Translations under genes and position numbers: made by a program
In this document: in pieces, positions 27,246-36,633 of the stretch
Position numbering within the stretch: the first letter of the stretch is position 1
Layout: every line of letters begins with the position of its first letter
Assembly: GCA_045106895.1 (NCBI GenBank)
Contig: JBGCFM010000058.1
Span: 1 to 42,645 of the forward strand
Origin: Polyangiales bacterium
GTDB taxonomy: Bacteria; Myxococcota_A; Polyangia; Polyangiales; Houyiibacteriaceae
Direction of reading: 5' to 3'
DNA: 42,645 nt
Notes under the pieces: generated by a model
The model's database searches: none
What the model was told of the DNA's origin: nothing
Seen by the model: only the letters and a program-made list of their open reading frames with translations

Positions 27246-29654
27246 ATGCGTTTCTGGCTGGCCGTGCTTTTTGTCCCTGTGCTCATGGCGCCTCTGATGG
27301 GCTTTGAGTGGGAGGGCCGTATCGGGCGCCTTGAGCGTCAGTACTCGGGTGGCTCCGCCGCCGAACGACAGCAAGCGGTGCGAATGCTCGGGGCATATGG
27401 AGCCGCGGAGGTCCGGACCGTTCTCCTCCGCGCACTTGAAGACCCCGAGAGCTCGGTGCGAATCGAAGCCGCGAACACCGCTGGACGAGTGAAGCTCACG
27501 GATGCCGTGGCGATCTTGACGGGGTGGCTCGAAGATCTGGAGAGCGAGGTCCGTACCGCCGCCGCTCGCGCCCTCGGCGCCATCGGAGACGCGCGCCCAT
27601 TGCCGCTCTTGGTCCGGGCCTTGGGCGACGCAGACGCCGGGGTCCGGCGAGCCGCCATCGGCGCCCTCGCTGCCATCGGCGCGCCGGAAGCCGTGGTTCC
27701 GATGCTCGGCCGACTCGACGACGAAGACATGAGCGTCCGCGTTGCTGCGGCCCAAGCCCTTGGGCACTCGGGCGACGCGCGAGCCGTCGTCCCGCTCATC
27801 GGTCGTGCTCGCGACACTCCCGAGATGCGCACGGCGGTCTACCAGGCTCTGGCTGAACTGGGAGATCCTCGCGGCGCCTCGGCGCTGATTCAAGGCCTCC
27901 GGGACGACGACGAGAACGCGCGCATCAGCGCGATCGCAGCGCTTGGACGGGTGGGGAGCGAGCGCGCGATGAGACCCCTCGCAGAACTGGCACACGAAAC
28001 AGATCCCCGGGCTGCCGAAGCTGCGATTCAAGCCATCGGAAATATCCCTGGTCCCATCGCGTCGCAGACGCTCGTCGAACTCCTTGGGGACGCGACACTG
28101 CGGCAAGCCACCAGTGGTGTTCTCGTGGTACGTGCGGACCCCGCCCTCACTCTTCACTTGGCGGAGGTGTTGGCGCGAACCCCTCCCCTGGAGATGCCCC
28201 CCTACGCCCGGGTCCTCGAGGCACGTCTCGCCGCCAAGCCAGTCCCGGAGACCGCGCCGCTCATCGCCCAGGCGATGAACGCGCAGTCCGACGGGGACCA
28301 CACGCTCCTGAACGCCGTGGCGCTCTCCGGTGATCCCTCGGTCCTTCCACGCGTTCTCGGTGCGCTAGGCAGCGCACCGGGCGTCGCCCTTGACGCCCTC
28401 GAGAGCTACTTCCGCTTGCACCCCGGCGATGGTCGCGCGGCGGACCCCCTTCTTGCCGCCCTTCCCCTCGTCGCCGCTCCTTCGCGCGCCCGCGTCGTTC
28501 GACTCTTAGGGCGTGTGGGCGCCGAGAGAACGAGCCCTGCCCTCATCACCCTCGCCGCCAGCGAGTCCGAAGAGCTTCGCCAAGCCGCGGTGGAGGCCAT
28601 GGGCCGCACGGGCGGCGAAGGTGTCGTCGAAGCGCTCCTCGGTCACCTCCGCGACGGCGAAGAGGCTGCGCTCCGGCATGACGCCGCGCTCGGTCTTGCG
28701 CGGCTAGGGAGAGTCGAAGATCTCTCCGCGATCTTGGAGCGCTTAGAAGCACCTCCGCCTGTGGACCGGCATGCGTACTTGGTCGCCCTCGCCGGCATCG
28801 CCCAGCGACATGGCCTCGGCGACGAGGGCGCGCGCTTCGCGCGCTTGGCCGAGGTGTTCATGTTCGGACATGACCCAGACCTCGCCGCGCGCATCGTGGA
28901 GACGCTCGGCGCCTGGGGCAACGACGACGCTCTTGAGCTCCTCCGGCGCGCTCCCCTCGAACGACTTCCCGCCGCCGTCATGGCGCTCGGAGACCACGCC
29001 GAAGGAGAGAGCTTCGTCCTCGCTCACCTGAGCCACACAAGCCCACGCGTTCGCGCGGCGGCAGCAGGACGTGCGGGAGAGTTTGGCGCTCGCGCACTCC
29101 CGGACCTTCTGGCTCGCCTCGACGAGGGCTCTTGGCCCGAGCCCGCCGCGGCCAGTTTTGCCATCGCCCGAATCGCGCTACGCGGCGAGGTGCCGGAGAG
29201 CGCCGGAGCGTCGCTCTGCCAAGCGCTGACGACCCGTGACCCGGCGGCGCGCGCGAACCTATTGCTCGCACTGTCCCAGCTTCAGACGCGCTGCGACGAC
29301 ATGCCAGTGCTTCGCTGGACGCAGCTCCCGCACGCAGCGGCGGTACGTGGCGCCGCTCGACGCTACCTGGCCGCGCACGGACAAGAGTTCGGTGTCGAGT
29401 GCGAACGCGAATCGCACCGAAACGTGGCTCCGCTCTGCCAAGCGATTCCCGAGTCGACCTACGATGAAGATGTGGAGCTCTACGTGTACGACCGCGAGCG
29501 CCAAGTTTCGCGCAACGCCCTCGTCTCACTCTGGCTCGCCGACGGGACCGTCCTCGTCGCGCCCACCGATGCACGCGGGTTCGTGTCCCTACGACGCGCG
29601 CCGCGCGGCCGTGTCATCGCGACGGACCCATTGCGCACAGCGCTGGAACCGTAG
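27246..29654 (+). CDS. HEAT/PBS-lyase repeat protein with N-terminal signal/TM segment
   Basis: Many L-x-D-x-x-x-x-VR-x-x-A-x-x-ALG repeats; hydrophobic N-terminus MRFWLAVLFVPVLMAPLMG; start 27240 (GTG) or 27246 (ATG). Confidence 0.9.
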   Translation: MRFWLAVLFVPVLMAPLMGFEWEGRIGRLERQYSGGSAAERQQAVRMLGAYGAAEVRTVLLRALEDPESSVRIEAANTAGRVKLTDAVAILTGWLEDLESEVRTAAARALGAIGDARPLPLLVRALGDADAGVRRAAIGALAAIGAPEAVVPMLGRLDDEDMSVRVAAAQALGHSGDARAVVPLIGRARDTPEMRTAVYQALAELGDPRGASALIQGLRDDDENARISAIAALGRVGSERAMRPLAELAHETDPRAAEAAIQAIGNIPGPIASQTLVELLGDATLRQATSGVLVVRADPALTLHLAEVLARTPPLEMPPYARVLEARLAAKPVPETAPLIAQAMNAQSDGDHTLLNAVALSGDPSVLPRVLGALGSAPGVALDALESYFRLHPGDGRAADPLLAALPLVAAPSRARVVRLLGRVGAERTSPALITLAASESEELRQAAVEAMGRTGGEGVVEALLGHLRDGEEAALRHDAALGLARLGRVEDLSAILERLEAPPPVDRHAYLVALAGIAQRHGLGDEGARFARLAEVFMFGHDPDLAARIVETLGAWGNDDALELLRRAPLERLPAAVMALGDHAEGESFVLAHLSHTSPRVRAAAAGRAGEFGARALPDLLARLDEGSWPEPAAASFAIARIALRGEVPESAGASLCQALTTRDPAARANLLLALSQLQTRCDDMPVLRWTQLPHAAAVRGAARRYLAAHGQEFGVECERESHRNVAPLCQAIPESTYDEDVELYVYDRERQVSRNALVSLWLADGTVLVAPTDARGFVSLRRAPRGRVIATDPLRTALEP

Positions 29655-29714
29655 CTTCAAACATTTTCGGACGCCGGGAATATTCCGGGCCTGGCCAGCG
29701 GTTCATCGCGTTAG

Positions 29715-31175
29715 ATGCACCACCGTCTTCGTTCCTCCACTCCCGAAATCCTCACCACACTAGTCCTCTGTGCTTGCGCAGGTCCGCAAACGCACATGGA
29801 GGTTCCGCCCCGCCATACGCCGAGTGCGTCTACCTCTCTCCCGCTGCCGCCCCTTGGACGCGTCCACTCCGCTCTCCTCGCCGACGGGGATCCTGTTTGG
29901 ATCGTACGAACTCAACAAGACGAGGTCCGAGTTTTCGGCGCGAGCGTTCGATTGGAGAGCGACGGTCAGCAGCGCTCCGTCCTGACGGCGTTTGACCCGG
30001 CCTGCGCATGCTTTCGCGCCGCCGCCCCGGTCATCTGGAACCTAGAAGGCGAAGTCTTTGCGCGCACAGAGCCAGACTACTCCGCCATCTGTACCGGATG
30101 CGCCATCGGAGTTCACCGCCACTTCGACGGGGACTCTTCTTTTTGGATGGACCGCTTCGACTTCGAACGACGAGGAGAGTCCGTGGTGGTGAGCCCGCGA
30201 TGGGCGGCGACGGAATTGGGGCCAGTAGCGGGACGCGTTCTCCCCGTCGTGTCCGAAGTAGCGAGTCAAGAACTGGAGTGTCCCGAGGAGCCTATCCAAA
30301 CCTCCATTGAAAGCGCGCTGTCCCGGCCCGTCGGTCAACGGGTTCGCATCGCCGGTCGCGTACTCATGCACGAAGGTGTCGCGCGATTGTGCACGTCGGA
30401 GCACGTGGTGGATGGCCACTGTCCGGACGACGCCCCGCCCGTGCACAACCCGAGCGAGGACGTTCTGGAGAAGGGCGCTTGGATTCCCCCGGAGGCCGGC
30501 GCACTTTTGTTTCCCGGCGCGTTGACCTGGCACCGAAGGCTCTCAGCCAGGCGCGCCGGTGATGGCTTTGCAGAAGTCTCGTCGGAACAGTGCGAACCGG
30601 CACGAGTGTCCGCGCCGGAGACGGACACCGGACCGGAGGTCCCAGCCGTATGCTGGTCGCCAAGCCACGACGAGAGCTGGGTACGAACGCCGTTCAATGC
30701 GGAATCAGGAATCTGGGTCGAGGCGCCCGTCGAATGTGAGGAACGTGAGCGGCCGAACATTCGTATGCTTCGCGTTCGAGGTCGTGGTTCCCGTCAGGTG
30801 GGTAGCGAAGACGACATTCCTGAACGTTGCCACACGCCTGCCGTCACGGACGACTGCCCACTGGTCCCCTGGAGCACGGTGCAAGGGTCGATTTTCGCCG
30901 CCATCGGTGAGCACAACCACGCCCATCCAACGTTCAACGCTCACTTCTCGTACGGCATCGGTGGCTGCTTTAACGCGGGCCCGTCCACAGAAGGCCGCCT
31001 CGCCCTGATGCTCACCGATTGGCGCTACGCCGACGAAGCGATTCGCCTCGTCAGTGAAGCGTTCGAGCGTTGGAATGTGGCGGAGATGTTTTGGGTGTCT
31101 GTGGAGCCAGCGCTCTGCGTGCACCCGGGCGCATTCGGCACGCGCGGCGGCTCTTTTAGTGACGACGACGAGTGA
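29715..31175 (+). CDS. Cys-rich hypothetical lipoprotein
   Basis: ILTTLVLCAC lipobox-like; 486-aa ORF filling the space between neighbours; about 16 Cys. Confidence 0.65.
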   Translation: MHHRLRSSTPEILTTLVLCACAGPQTHMEVPPRHTPSASTSLPLPPLGRVHSALLADGDPVWIVRTQQDEVRVFGASVRLESDGQQRSVLTAFDPACACFRAAAPVIWNLEGEVFARTEPDYSAICTGCAIGVHRHFDGDSSFWMDRFDFERRGESVVVSPRWAATELGPVAGRVLPVVSEVASQELECPEEPIQTSIESALSRPVGQRVRIAGRVLMHEGVARLCTSEHVVDGHCPDDAPPVHNPSEDVLEKGAWIPPEAGALLFPGALTWHRRLSARRAGDGFAEVSSEQCEPARVSAPETDTGPEVPAVCWSPSHDESWVRTPFNAESGIWVEAPVECEERERPNIRMLRVRGRGSRQVGSEDDIPERCHTPAVTDDCPLVPWSTVQGSIFAAIGEHNHAHPTFNAHFSYGIGGCFNAGPSTEGRLALMLTDWRYADEAIRLVSEAFERWNVAEMFWVSVEPALCVHPGAFGTRGGSFSDDDE

Positions 31176-31179
31176 AGGC

Positions 31180-32184
31180 CTAGGGGTCGGCGCACATCGC
31201 GGGACCGATCCACCCGAAGGGCGGCACCTCCACGTAGCGCGGCGTCGGCCAGGCACCTCCGCGAGCCGGAACGACGACGGGCCAAGAGTAGCTCCGGGTC
31301 CCGATGAGGTAGGCGTAGTCTGTGTCTCGCGGACCGGCGACGAGGGTATGCCAGCGGGTTCCGTGGTGTCGGCGAAAATCCGACCGGAGCGAGGAAGTCG
31401 TGACCATGAGCGGGAAGCCACGATCCGTCAGAGCATCGACCATCCAGACCCCGAAGGCCGTGCGGACTATCCCGAGCTGAGCGGCAGGTGTCGGCGGGGG
31501 CGGCGGCTCCCCCGCGGCGGCAGTCTGCATCCTTTCCATCTCGCGCTGCGCCTCCGCCCACGGTCCCTGGGGTCCTTCGAAGCTCTGCCCCCTGACCCGC
31601 CCTTCGAAAGCGCGGGCCTCAGGGCCCGTCGCCGCCGGGAGCTCCACGAGGGACTGAACCCGCAGGGGCTCATGGCCTTGAAAGACCACCAAGGGTCCCG
31701 CTTCCGGAAACGCGCAGCCTTCCAGCTCAAACCCCGTCCACGCGCCGCTACGTCGACCACAGTGCAGCGTCACGCGGAAGGAGCGGCCCTCGGTCGTTTG
31801 GCAGAGCCCTTCAGAGGTCAGCACGCTTAGAGCACGCTTGTCGCTCTCATAGTATTCGTACACTGGAGCGGCGCCGGAAACTGCGTTTGGAACAACACGA
31901 TAGCGGCGGGAGTACACGACACGGCGCTGGCCTTGGACGACGCTGATGTACGTGATGCGTTCGGTCAGAGCGGCGTTCGAAGCGGTCTCTGACGTAGGTC
32001 TTCGCTGAGCACGCAGCGGCGCGATGGTGTGGGGAGCAGGCTGAGCGGACGGCTGGGAGGCCGGCCAAAAGTCCGCGGCGGTGAGCGCCGCCGAAGGTTG
32101 TGGCGAACTCACCTCGGTGGCCGCGGATAGCGTCGACGCACATCCTAGAACGAGGGGAATGCAAAACCACGCCAGACGCGTCAC
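31180..32184 (-). CDS. Hypothetical lipoprotein
   Basis: RLAWFCIPLVLGC lipobox; P/A/Q linker; start GTG 32184 (TAGCCT 7 nt upstream) or ATG 32190. Confidence 0.68.
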   Translation of the reverse strand: MTRLAWFCIPLVLGCASTLSAATEVSSPQPSAALTAADFWPASQPSAQPAPHTIAPLRAQRRPTSETASNAALTERITYISVVQGQRRVVYSRRYRVVPNAVSGAAPVYEYYESDKRALSVLTSEGLCQTTEGRSFRVTLHCGRRSGAWTGFELEGCAFPEAGPLVVFQGHEPLRVQSLVELPAATGPEARAFEGRVRGQSFEGPQGPWAEAQREMERMQTAAAGEPPPPPTPAAQLGIVRTAFGVWMVDALTDRGFPLMVTTSSLRSDFRRHHGTRWHTLVAGPRDTDYAYLIGTRSYSWPVVVPARGGAWPTPRYVEVPPFGWIGPAMCADP

Positions 32185-32258
32185 GGGCATCAGGCTATCA
32201 TGCCGGCCAGGAGCGTCGTGCGCGTGCTTGGCGCACCGCTGGAAGACAAGGAAACGAC

Positions 32259-32942
32259 ATGAGAAAAGACCTAGGTCCCCTTTCAGACATTGAAATTGTC
32301 GAGGCCCTCGTCCAAATCGACGGGCGTCATTTCTTGGACCTCGGCTGTGGTCCCGGCACCGCCGCACGTCTTCTTGCCGAGCGCGGCGCAAGCGTCGTGG
32401 GAATCGAGCCGGACCCCATTCAAGCCGCGCGCAACCGAGAAGCGGCCCCCACCCCGGGCCTCACGTTGACGGAGGGGGGAGCCGAGTCCTTGCCCCAAGA
32501 CAGCGACTCTGTGGACGGTGTGTTCTTCTTTCGCTCGCTACACCACGTGCCCATGGACTCCATGGACGGCGCCCTCGAAGAAGCGAGGCGCGTCGTTCGA
32601 AGTGGAGGCTTCGTGCTCGTCCTTGAACCGAGCATCGACGGCACGCACACGGCGCTCATGCGCCCTTTTCACGACGAGGATGAAGTCCGCACGGCGGCGC
32701 AGCGCTGTGTCGCACGGGCAGCGAAGGGCCCCCTCGGCGAGAGCGAACGCTACGCGAGCATTCAGGAGCGAAGCTACGAGAGCTTTGAGGCGCTCGTCGC
32801 TCGTTTCGCCGCCATGTCCTTCAACAGCATCACGGCGGAGATGGTCGATGTGCCTGCGGTCCGGCAAGCTTTCGAGGCCGCGCGCGGTCCCGATGGCCAC
32901 GTCTTTCACCAGCCGCTCTTGATCGACGTCTTCCGCGTCTAG
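32259..32942 (+). CDS. Class I SAM-dependent methyltransferase
   Basis: LDLGCGPG, GIEP, GAESLP..DSVDGV..SLHHVP, EARRVVRSGG; AAGGA RBS before ATG 32259. Confidence 0.9.
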   Translation: MRKDLGPLSDIEIVEALVQIDGRHFLDLGCGPGTAARLLAERGASVVGIEPDPIQAARNREAAPTPGLTLTEGGAESLPQDSDSVDGVFFFRSLHHVPMDSMDGALEEARRVVRSGGFVLVLEPSIDGTHTALMRPFHDEDEVRTAAQRCVARAAKGPLGESERYASIQERSYESFEALVARFAAMSFNSITAEMVDVPAVRQAFEAARGPDGHVFHQPLLIDVFRV

Positions 32943-33037
32943 CGCGCGGCTTTCCGAGAGGAGCACGCCCCATGTGCGCGCCGCTGCCGACTTCCTGGAA
33001 ACTTGCGTGCGCCCACAAACAAGCCAGAATAGATGAG

Positions 33038-33496
33038 CTACTTTTCTCGCAGGCGGCACTCCCCACGTACGACGCCGGCGGCTTCGACTGCCGCACAATA
33101 CGCCCGTGGCGCCTGACGCGCTGGCCGGCAGAGCGACGCTGGGCACTCCATCGCGTTACATCGAGCCATCGCTCGACGTAGCCACAGCACGTTGCGCGCG
33201 CGCCAATCGCAGTCCTCGCAAATTGCTACGCCGGGTACACTCACTGGCCGACAGCAGGTCGTAAATGCGGTGGCTTGGCAGTCGTCGTCGAACTGACAAG
33301 AGTCGACATCGAACAATGCTGGCTCTTGGGCCTGCAGGTCGCGGAGCGCTCGATCGCGCTCCGCGCCACGGAGCTCCCCTGGACTACTCATCGCCGTTCG
33401 TGAAGCTACAAACGACTGTTGACTGGTCGCGGCGCCACCGGCGCAGGCCGCGGTGGCGAGCACAAAGATAAGCGAGCAATATTCGAGCGCCGTCAT
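33038..33496 (-). CDS. Small Cys-rich lipoprotein
   Basis: LATAAC lipobox; CQFDDDC..CC..CEDC..C..C..C..C..C. Confidence 0.7.
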   Translation of the reverse strand: MTALEYCSLIFVLATAACAGGAATSQQSFVASRTAMSSPGELRGAERDRALRDLQAQEPALFDVDSCQFDDDCQATAFTTCCRPVSVPGVAICEDCDWRARNVLWLRRAMARCNAMECPASLCRPARQAPRAYCAAVEAAGVVRGECRLREK

Positions 33497-33523
33497 GGTG
33501 CGACCGAACACGGCTCTATGCGA

Positions 33524-34249
33524 TCAGGCAATCCCGCCGCCGGCGATGCATCGGAAGAACGACACCGCTCCGAGGATGACGCCGACGATGATCGCCGCGA
33601 TGTGCAGGTTCATGTTCGCAGGCTTTCCGTCCGCGAGTTTCGGCCCGATGACAAGCCCGAGGATCCCGACGATGCACATGGCCATGTCGAGTGGAAAAGC
33701 CGCCCAGTTGAGGATGCCGAGACATGGGACGAGGCCCACGACGGTGAGGCCCGAGCCAAGGCCCAAGAGAACCATCGACGTGATCTTGAGCCCCGTCGGA
33801 AGCTCGGCGGGACCGCCGTTGTGCGACGGAGGACCGAAGCCTGCCTGACCCGGCTGTCCGGGCATGCCGAATCCGCCTTGCTGCTGATGCCCAGCAGGAG
33901 CGCCACCAAAAGCGCCCGGTTGTTGCGGCTCCCATGGCTGGCGGGGCTGCTGGGGTTGAGCCGCCGCGGGCTGTTGCGGCTCCCAGGGCTGTTTCGGCTG
34001 GCCGGGTTGCGCCGCCGGCTGCTGCGGCTGACCGGGTTGCGCCGCCGGCTGCTGCGGCTGACCGAACCCGGGTTGCTGCGGCTGCTGCGGCTGACCGAAA
34101 CCGGGTTGCTGCGGCTGACCGAACCCGGGTTGCTGCGGCTGCTGCGCGGGTGGCTGTTGAGGCTGACCGAAGCCGCCCTGGCTTGGTTGGCCAGGCTGCA
34201 CGGGGGAAGTCGGAGGCACGCCAAAGGGCTTTTTGGGATCGTCGGTCAT
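33524..34249 (-). CDS. Membrane protein with Gln/Pro/Gly-rich disordered N-terminus and 3 TM helices (DUF4190/CD225-like architecture)
   Basis: About 145 aa of QQPGFGQP/QQPAAQPG repeats, then ITSMVLLG..LVPCLG..., C-terminal TM; ATGA overlap with the DUF2752 gene. Confidence 0.8.
   Translation of the reverse strand: MTDDPKKPFGVPPTSPVQPGQPSQGGFGQPQQPPAQQPQQPGFGQPQQPGFGQPQQPQQPGFGQPQQPAAQPGQPQQPAAQPGQPKQPWEPQQPAAAQPQQPRQPWEPQQPGAFGGAPAGHQQQGGFGMPGQPGQAGFGPPSHNGGPAELPTGLKITSMVLLGLGSGLTVVGLVPCLGILNWAAFPLDMAMCIVGILGLVIGPKLADGKPANMNLHIAAIIVGVILGAVSFFRCIAGGGIA
33915..34175. repeat. Coding tandem repeats (24-33 bp units) encoding QQPGFGQP / QPQQPAAQPG / QPWEPQQP
   Basis: E.g. GGTTGCGCCGCCGGCTGCTGCGGCTGACCG twice in tandem; GCTGCGGCTGACCGAA[A/C]CC three times. 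Confidence 0.85.
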
Positions 34250-34641
34250 GGTGTTTCCTGAGGATGGGCGACCACGTTCGAAAACGTGGGTGAAGCGGGG
34301 GGAGCGAAGAAGCGAACGGGCTCACGCCAAAGGCGGTAGACGCCGAAAATAGAGACGCCGAGCAGGGCCCACGCCAAGGGCCAGAGCAAGAGCACGCCCG
34401 GGTTGAACGCGACGGCCGCCTCGAACTCCCCGTGTGAAAACGACGCGAAGGCGCGGGACATGCCGCACAGAGAGCAGCCACCACAGAGCGGCAGCGCGCG
34501 GGCAAAAGGACCGAGATGTTCGCGGGCGGCGATGGCCGGCGCGGCGAAGAGGAATGAGACAACAAGCGCCGCACCACTCGCGAGGCCAGGGCTGGCGACG
34601 AGGGCCAAGAGAAACCTCTGCAGTGCTCGTTCCAGGCGCAC
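34246..34641 (-). CDS. DUF2752 domain membrane protein
   Basis: CGGCSLCGMSRAF...HGEFEAAVAFNP matches the DUF2752 C-x-x-CG-x-x-RA...NP pattern; TM segments. Confidence 0.82.
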   Translation of the reverse strand: MRLERALQRFLLALVASPGLASGAALVVSFLFAAPAIAAREHLGPFARALPLCGGCSLCGMSRAFASFSHGEFEAAVAFNPGVLLLWPLAWALLGVSIFGVYRLWREPVRFFAPPASPTFSNVVAHPQETP

Positions 34642-34737
34642 GGAGCGGACTATAGCGCGGCTCGCTACTTTCGGGGGAGTCTAGTGCCCGATCCAATGCC
34701 GACAGATGAGCGTCGGCTTCTCCCTTCGATGTGGGAG

Positions 34738-35289
34738 CTACACCTCGAGGAGGAAATCGATGCCGCGCTGAAGGACCTTGTCGCGGGAGAAACGTCCGTG
34801 ACTGGGGGCGATGAAGTAGTCACCGATCAGGAGCGAGTAGTAGAGCAAGCAGCGGGCTTCCGTATCGGATGGGCTGAGGCCCAAGGCTCGGAAGTTGCGC
34901 CGGAGATACTTGAGGCGCTGCGTGTCGACGCGTTCGACGATGGTCGCGGCGTCTTCGTTGCGCGTAGCGAAGTCGCGGACTCCAAGCTCAAAGCGCACAT
35001 CTTCTGGATCGTCGTTGAGTGACCAGAGCACCAAGAGGCGCTCTCGGGCATCCAGCGCCGCTTCGTCGACGTGGCGGATGACAGCCAAGGTGCTGCGCTC
35101 TTCCCACGCCAAGAGGATGGCGTCGATCCACCCGCGACGTTTGTCGAAGTGCCAATAGAAGCTGCCCTTCGTCACGCCCAGCGCCTTCGCGATGGGTTCC
35201 ACGCGCACACTCTCCACCCCTCCTTTAGCCAGCTGGCGTGCCCCTGCCACGAGCCAATCCGCCCTGCCCTTTGCGTCCTTTCGTGCCAC
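34738..35289 (-). CDS. TetR/AcrR family transcriptional regulator
   Basis: GVESVRVEPIAKALGVTKGSFYWHF HTH; start GTG 35289 with TAAGCT 7 nt upstream. Confidence 0.93.
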   Translation of the reverse strand: MARKDAKGRADWLVAGARQLAKGGVESVRVEPIAKALGVTKGSFYWHFDKRRGWIDAILLAWEERSTLAVIRHVDEAALDARERLLVLWSLNDDPEDVRFELGVRDFATRNEDAATIVERVDTQRLKYLRRNFRALGLSPSDTEARCLLYYSLLIGDYFIAPSHGRFSRDKVLQRGIDFLLEV

Positions 35290-35302
35290 GGCAGCGAGCT
35301 TA

Positions 35303-35320
35303 CCATACGGCAGCGTATTG
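35303..35320. promoter_or_regulatory. Putative TetR operator 1
   Basis: CCATACG-GCAG-CGTATTG, inverted repeat with one mismatch, abutting the tetR -10. Confidence 0.75.
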
Positions 35321-35349
35321 ACGACGCCCTCCAATGACTACATCCTTCA

Positions 35350-35369
35350 TCCATACGCCACCGTATGGA
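35350..35369. promoter_or_regulatory. Putative TetR operator 2
   Basis: TCCATACG-CCAC-CGTATGGA, perfect 8-bp inverted repeat overlapping the RBS of the downstream gene. Confidence 0.8.
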
Positions 35370-35377
35370 GAACTTTC

Positions 35378-35980
35378 ATGACCCAAGCACATCCTCTGTC
35401 CTCTGCCCGTACCCACAGCGAACTTACGCCCGCGGGAGGCCACGCGGCTTCCGCGGAACAGACGCGATCTCTTGCGGCGCAGTGGCCGCAGGTACGGCGT
35501 ATGGCCAAGAAAAACCCAGTCGTGCCGATTGCCTCCGTCGGCGCCGACGGACATCCACACATCACGCCCGTCGGGAGCCTGTGGCTTCACCGCACGGAGC
35601 CGCGCGGCCTCTACCTTGAGCTCTTCACCAAACAGCTACCGAAGAACCTCGCGCACGACCCACGCTTCACGATGCTCTTTGTGGACTCCGGCGCGTGGAC
35701 TTGGTTGCGCGCCCTCGTCCGGGGAACCTTTCGTGCGCCCGTCGGCGTGCGGCTGCACGGCGTCGCGGGACCGCCGCGCGCGAGTGAGCCGCACGAAGTC
35801 GCTCGTTTTCAGCGGCTGGTGAAGCCGGTCTCATGGACGAAGGGGCACGACATCCTGTGGTCGCGCTTGCCGCGGGTCCGCGACCTGACCTTCACCGGAG
35901 CCACGCCGATTCGACTCGGCGCGATGACGAAGGGACCCGAGCTACGCCTCGAGGCGTCCGTGGAGGCACGCCGCGATTGA
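35378..35980 (+). CDS. Pyridoxamine 5'-phosphate oxidase-like (FMN-binding split barrel) protein
   Basis: IASVGADGHPHITPVGSL, LPKNLAHDPR, GVRLHG; GGAG RBS before ATG 35378. Confidence 0.82.
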   Translation: MTQAHPLSSARTHSELTPAGGHAASAEQTRSLAAQWPQVRRMAKKNPVVPIASVGADGHPHITPVGSLWLHRTEPRGLYLELFTKQLPKNLAHDPRFTMLFVDSGAWTWLRALVRGTFRAPVGVRLHGVAGPPRASEPHEVARFQRLVKPVSWTKGHDILWSRLPRVRDLTFTGATPIRLGAMTKGPELRLEASVEARRD

Positions 35981-36018
35981 GTTCGACGAGTCGGCGCTCT
36001 TTGAGCGATAGTGCGCGG

Positions 36019-36597
36019 ATGAAATCAGGTTTCGCTCTACTCCTCGCTTTCGCCTTCGCCGCCTGCTCCGACCCCGCCGAAGAGCCGACGGTTCCCCTGG
36101 AGGAACTCGAAGCCGCCCAGGCCCTCGACCAAGCCCTGGCCGAAGCCGCCGAGCCGGAGGTTGAGGCGATGGCTGAAGCCCCTGAGCCGGCGAGCGCGAC
36201 GGACGACGAACGCCCGGCCTTCAACCGCGCGATGCTGGGCGCATACATCTCCGTCGGCGACCCGGTGAGCGCCTTTCCGCCCGGCGGCGTGTCCTATCTG
36301 CGCGGCGGCGACTCACCGGCGCTACTCGTGACGCCGCGGATGACGGAGCAGATGCCAGCCGGATACTCCTTCGAAATGCGGCTGCCAGTCTCGGTCCCCT
36401 CGGCTCCGCTCCGCGCAGAGGAGTTTGGCGCGCGGGTGAGCGACGAAGGAGGCGAGACCTTTGATGTGCGCGGCACGGTCACCATCCGCGAACTCGACTT
36501 TGCGAGCGGCCAGGTGTCCTTCGTCGTCTCCGGCGTGACCCCGTCAGGCGTCGATGTCGATGTTGAAGTCGACGCGCGAGTGCCCGTACGCGACTAG
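36019..36597 (+). CDS. Hypothetical lipoprotein
   Basis: MKSGFALLLAFAFAAC lipobox; E/A/P linker; beta-rich C-terminal domain. Confidence 0.75.
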   Translation: MKSGFALLLAFAFAACSDPAEEPTVPLEELEAAQALDQALAEAAEPEVEAMAEAPEPASATDDERPAFNRAMLGAYISVGDPVSAFPPGGVSYLRGGDSPALLVTPRMTEQMPAGYSFEMRLPVSVPSAPLRAEEFGARVSDEGGETFDVRGTVTIRELDFASGQVSFVVSGVTPSGVDVDVEVDARVPVRD

Positions 36598-36633
36598 CGC
36601 AGGAGCCCGAGAGCTTGGTACAAGAGGAAGCCG

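Noticed and set aside
29677..29686. Perfect palindrome GGAATATTCC upstream of the 29715 gene
   Set aside because: Single 10-bp palindrome with no second copy or nearby regulator; could be chance
34684..35022. 112-aa plus-strand ORF with plausible composition
   Set aside because: Lies antisense within the clear TetR gene
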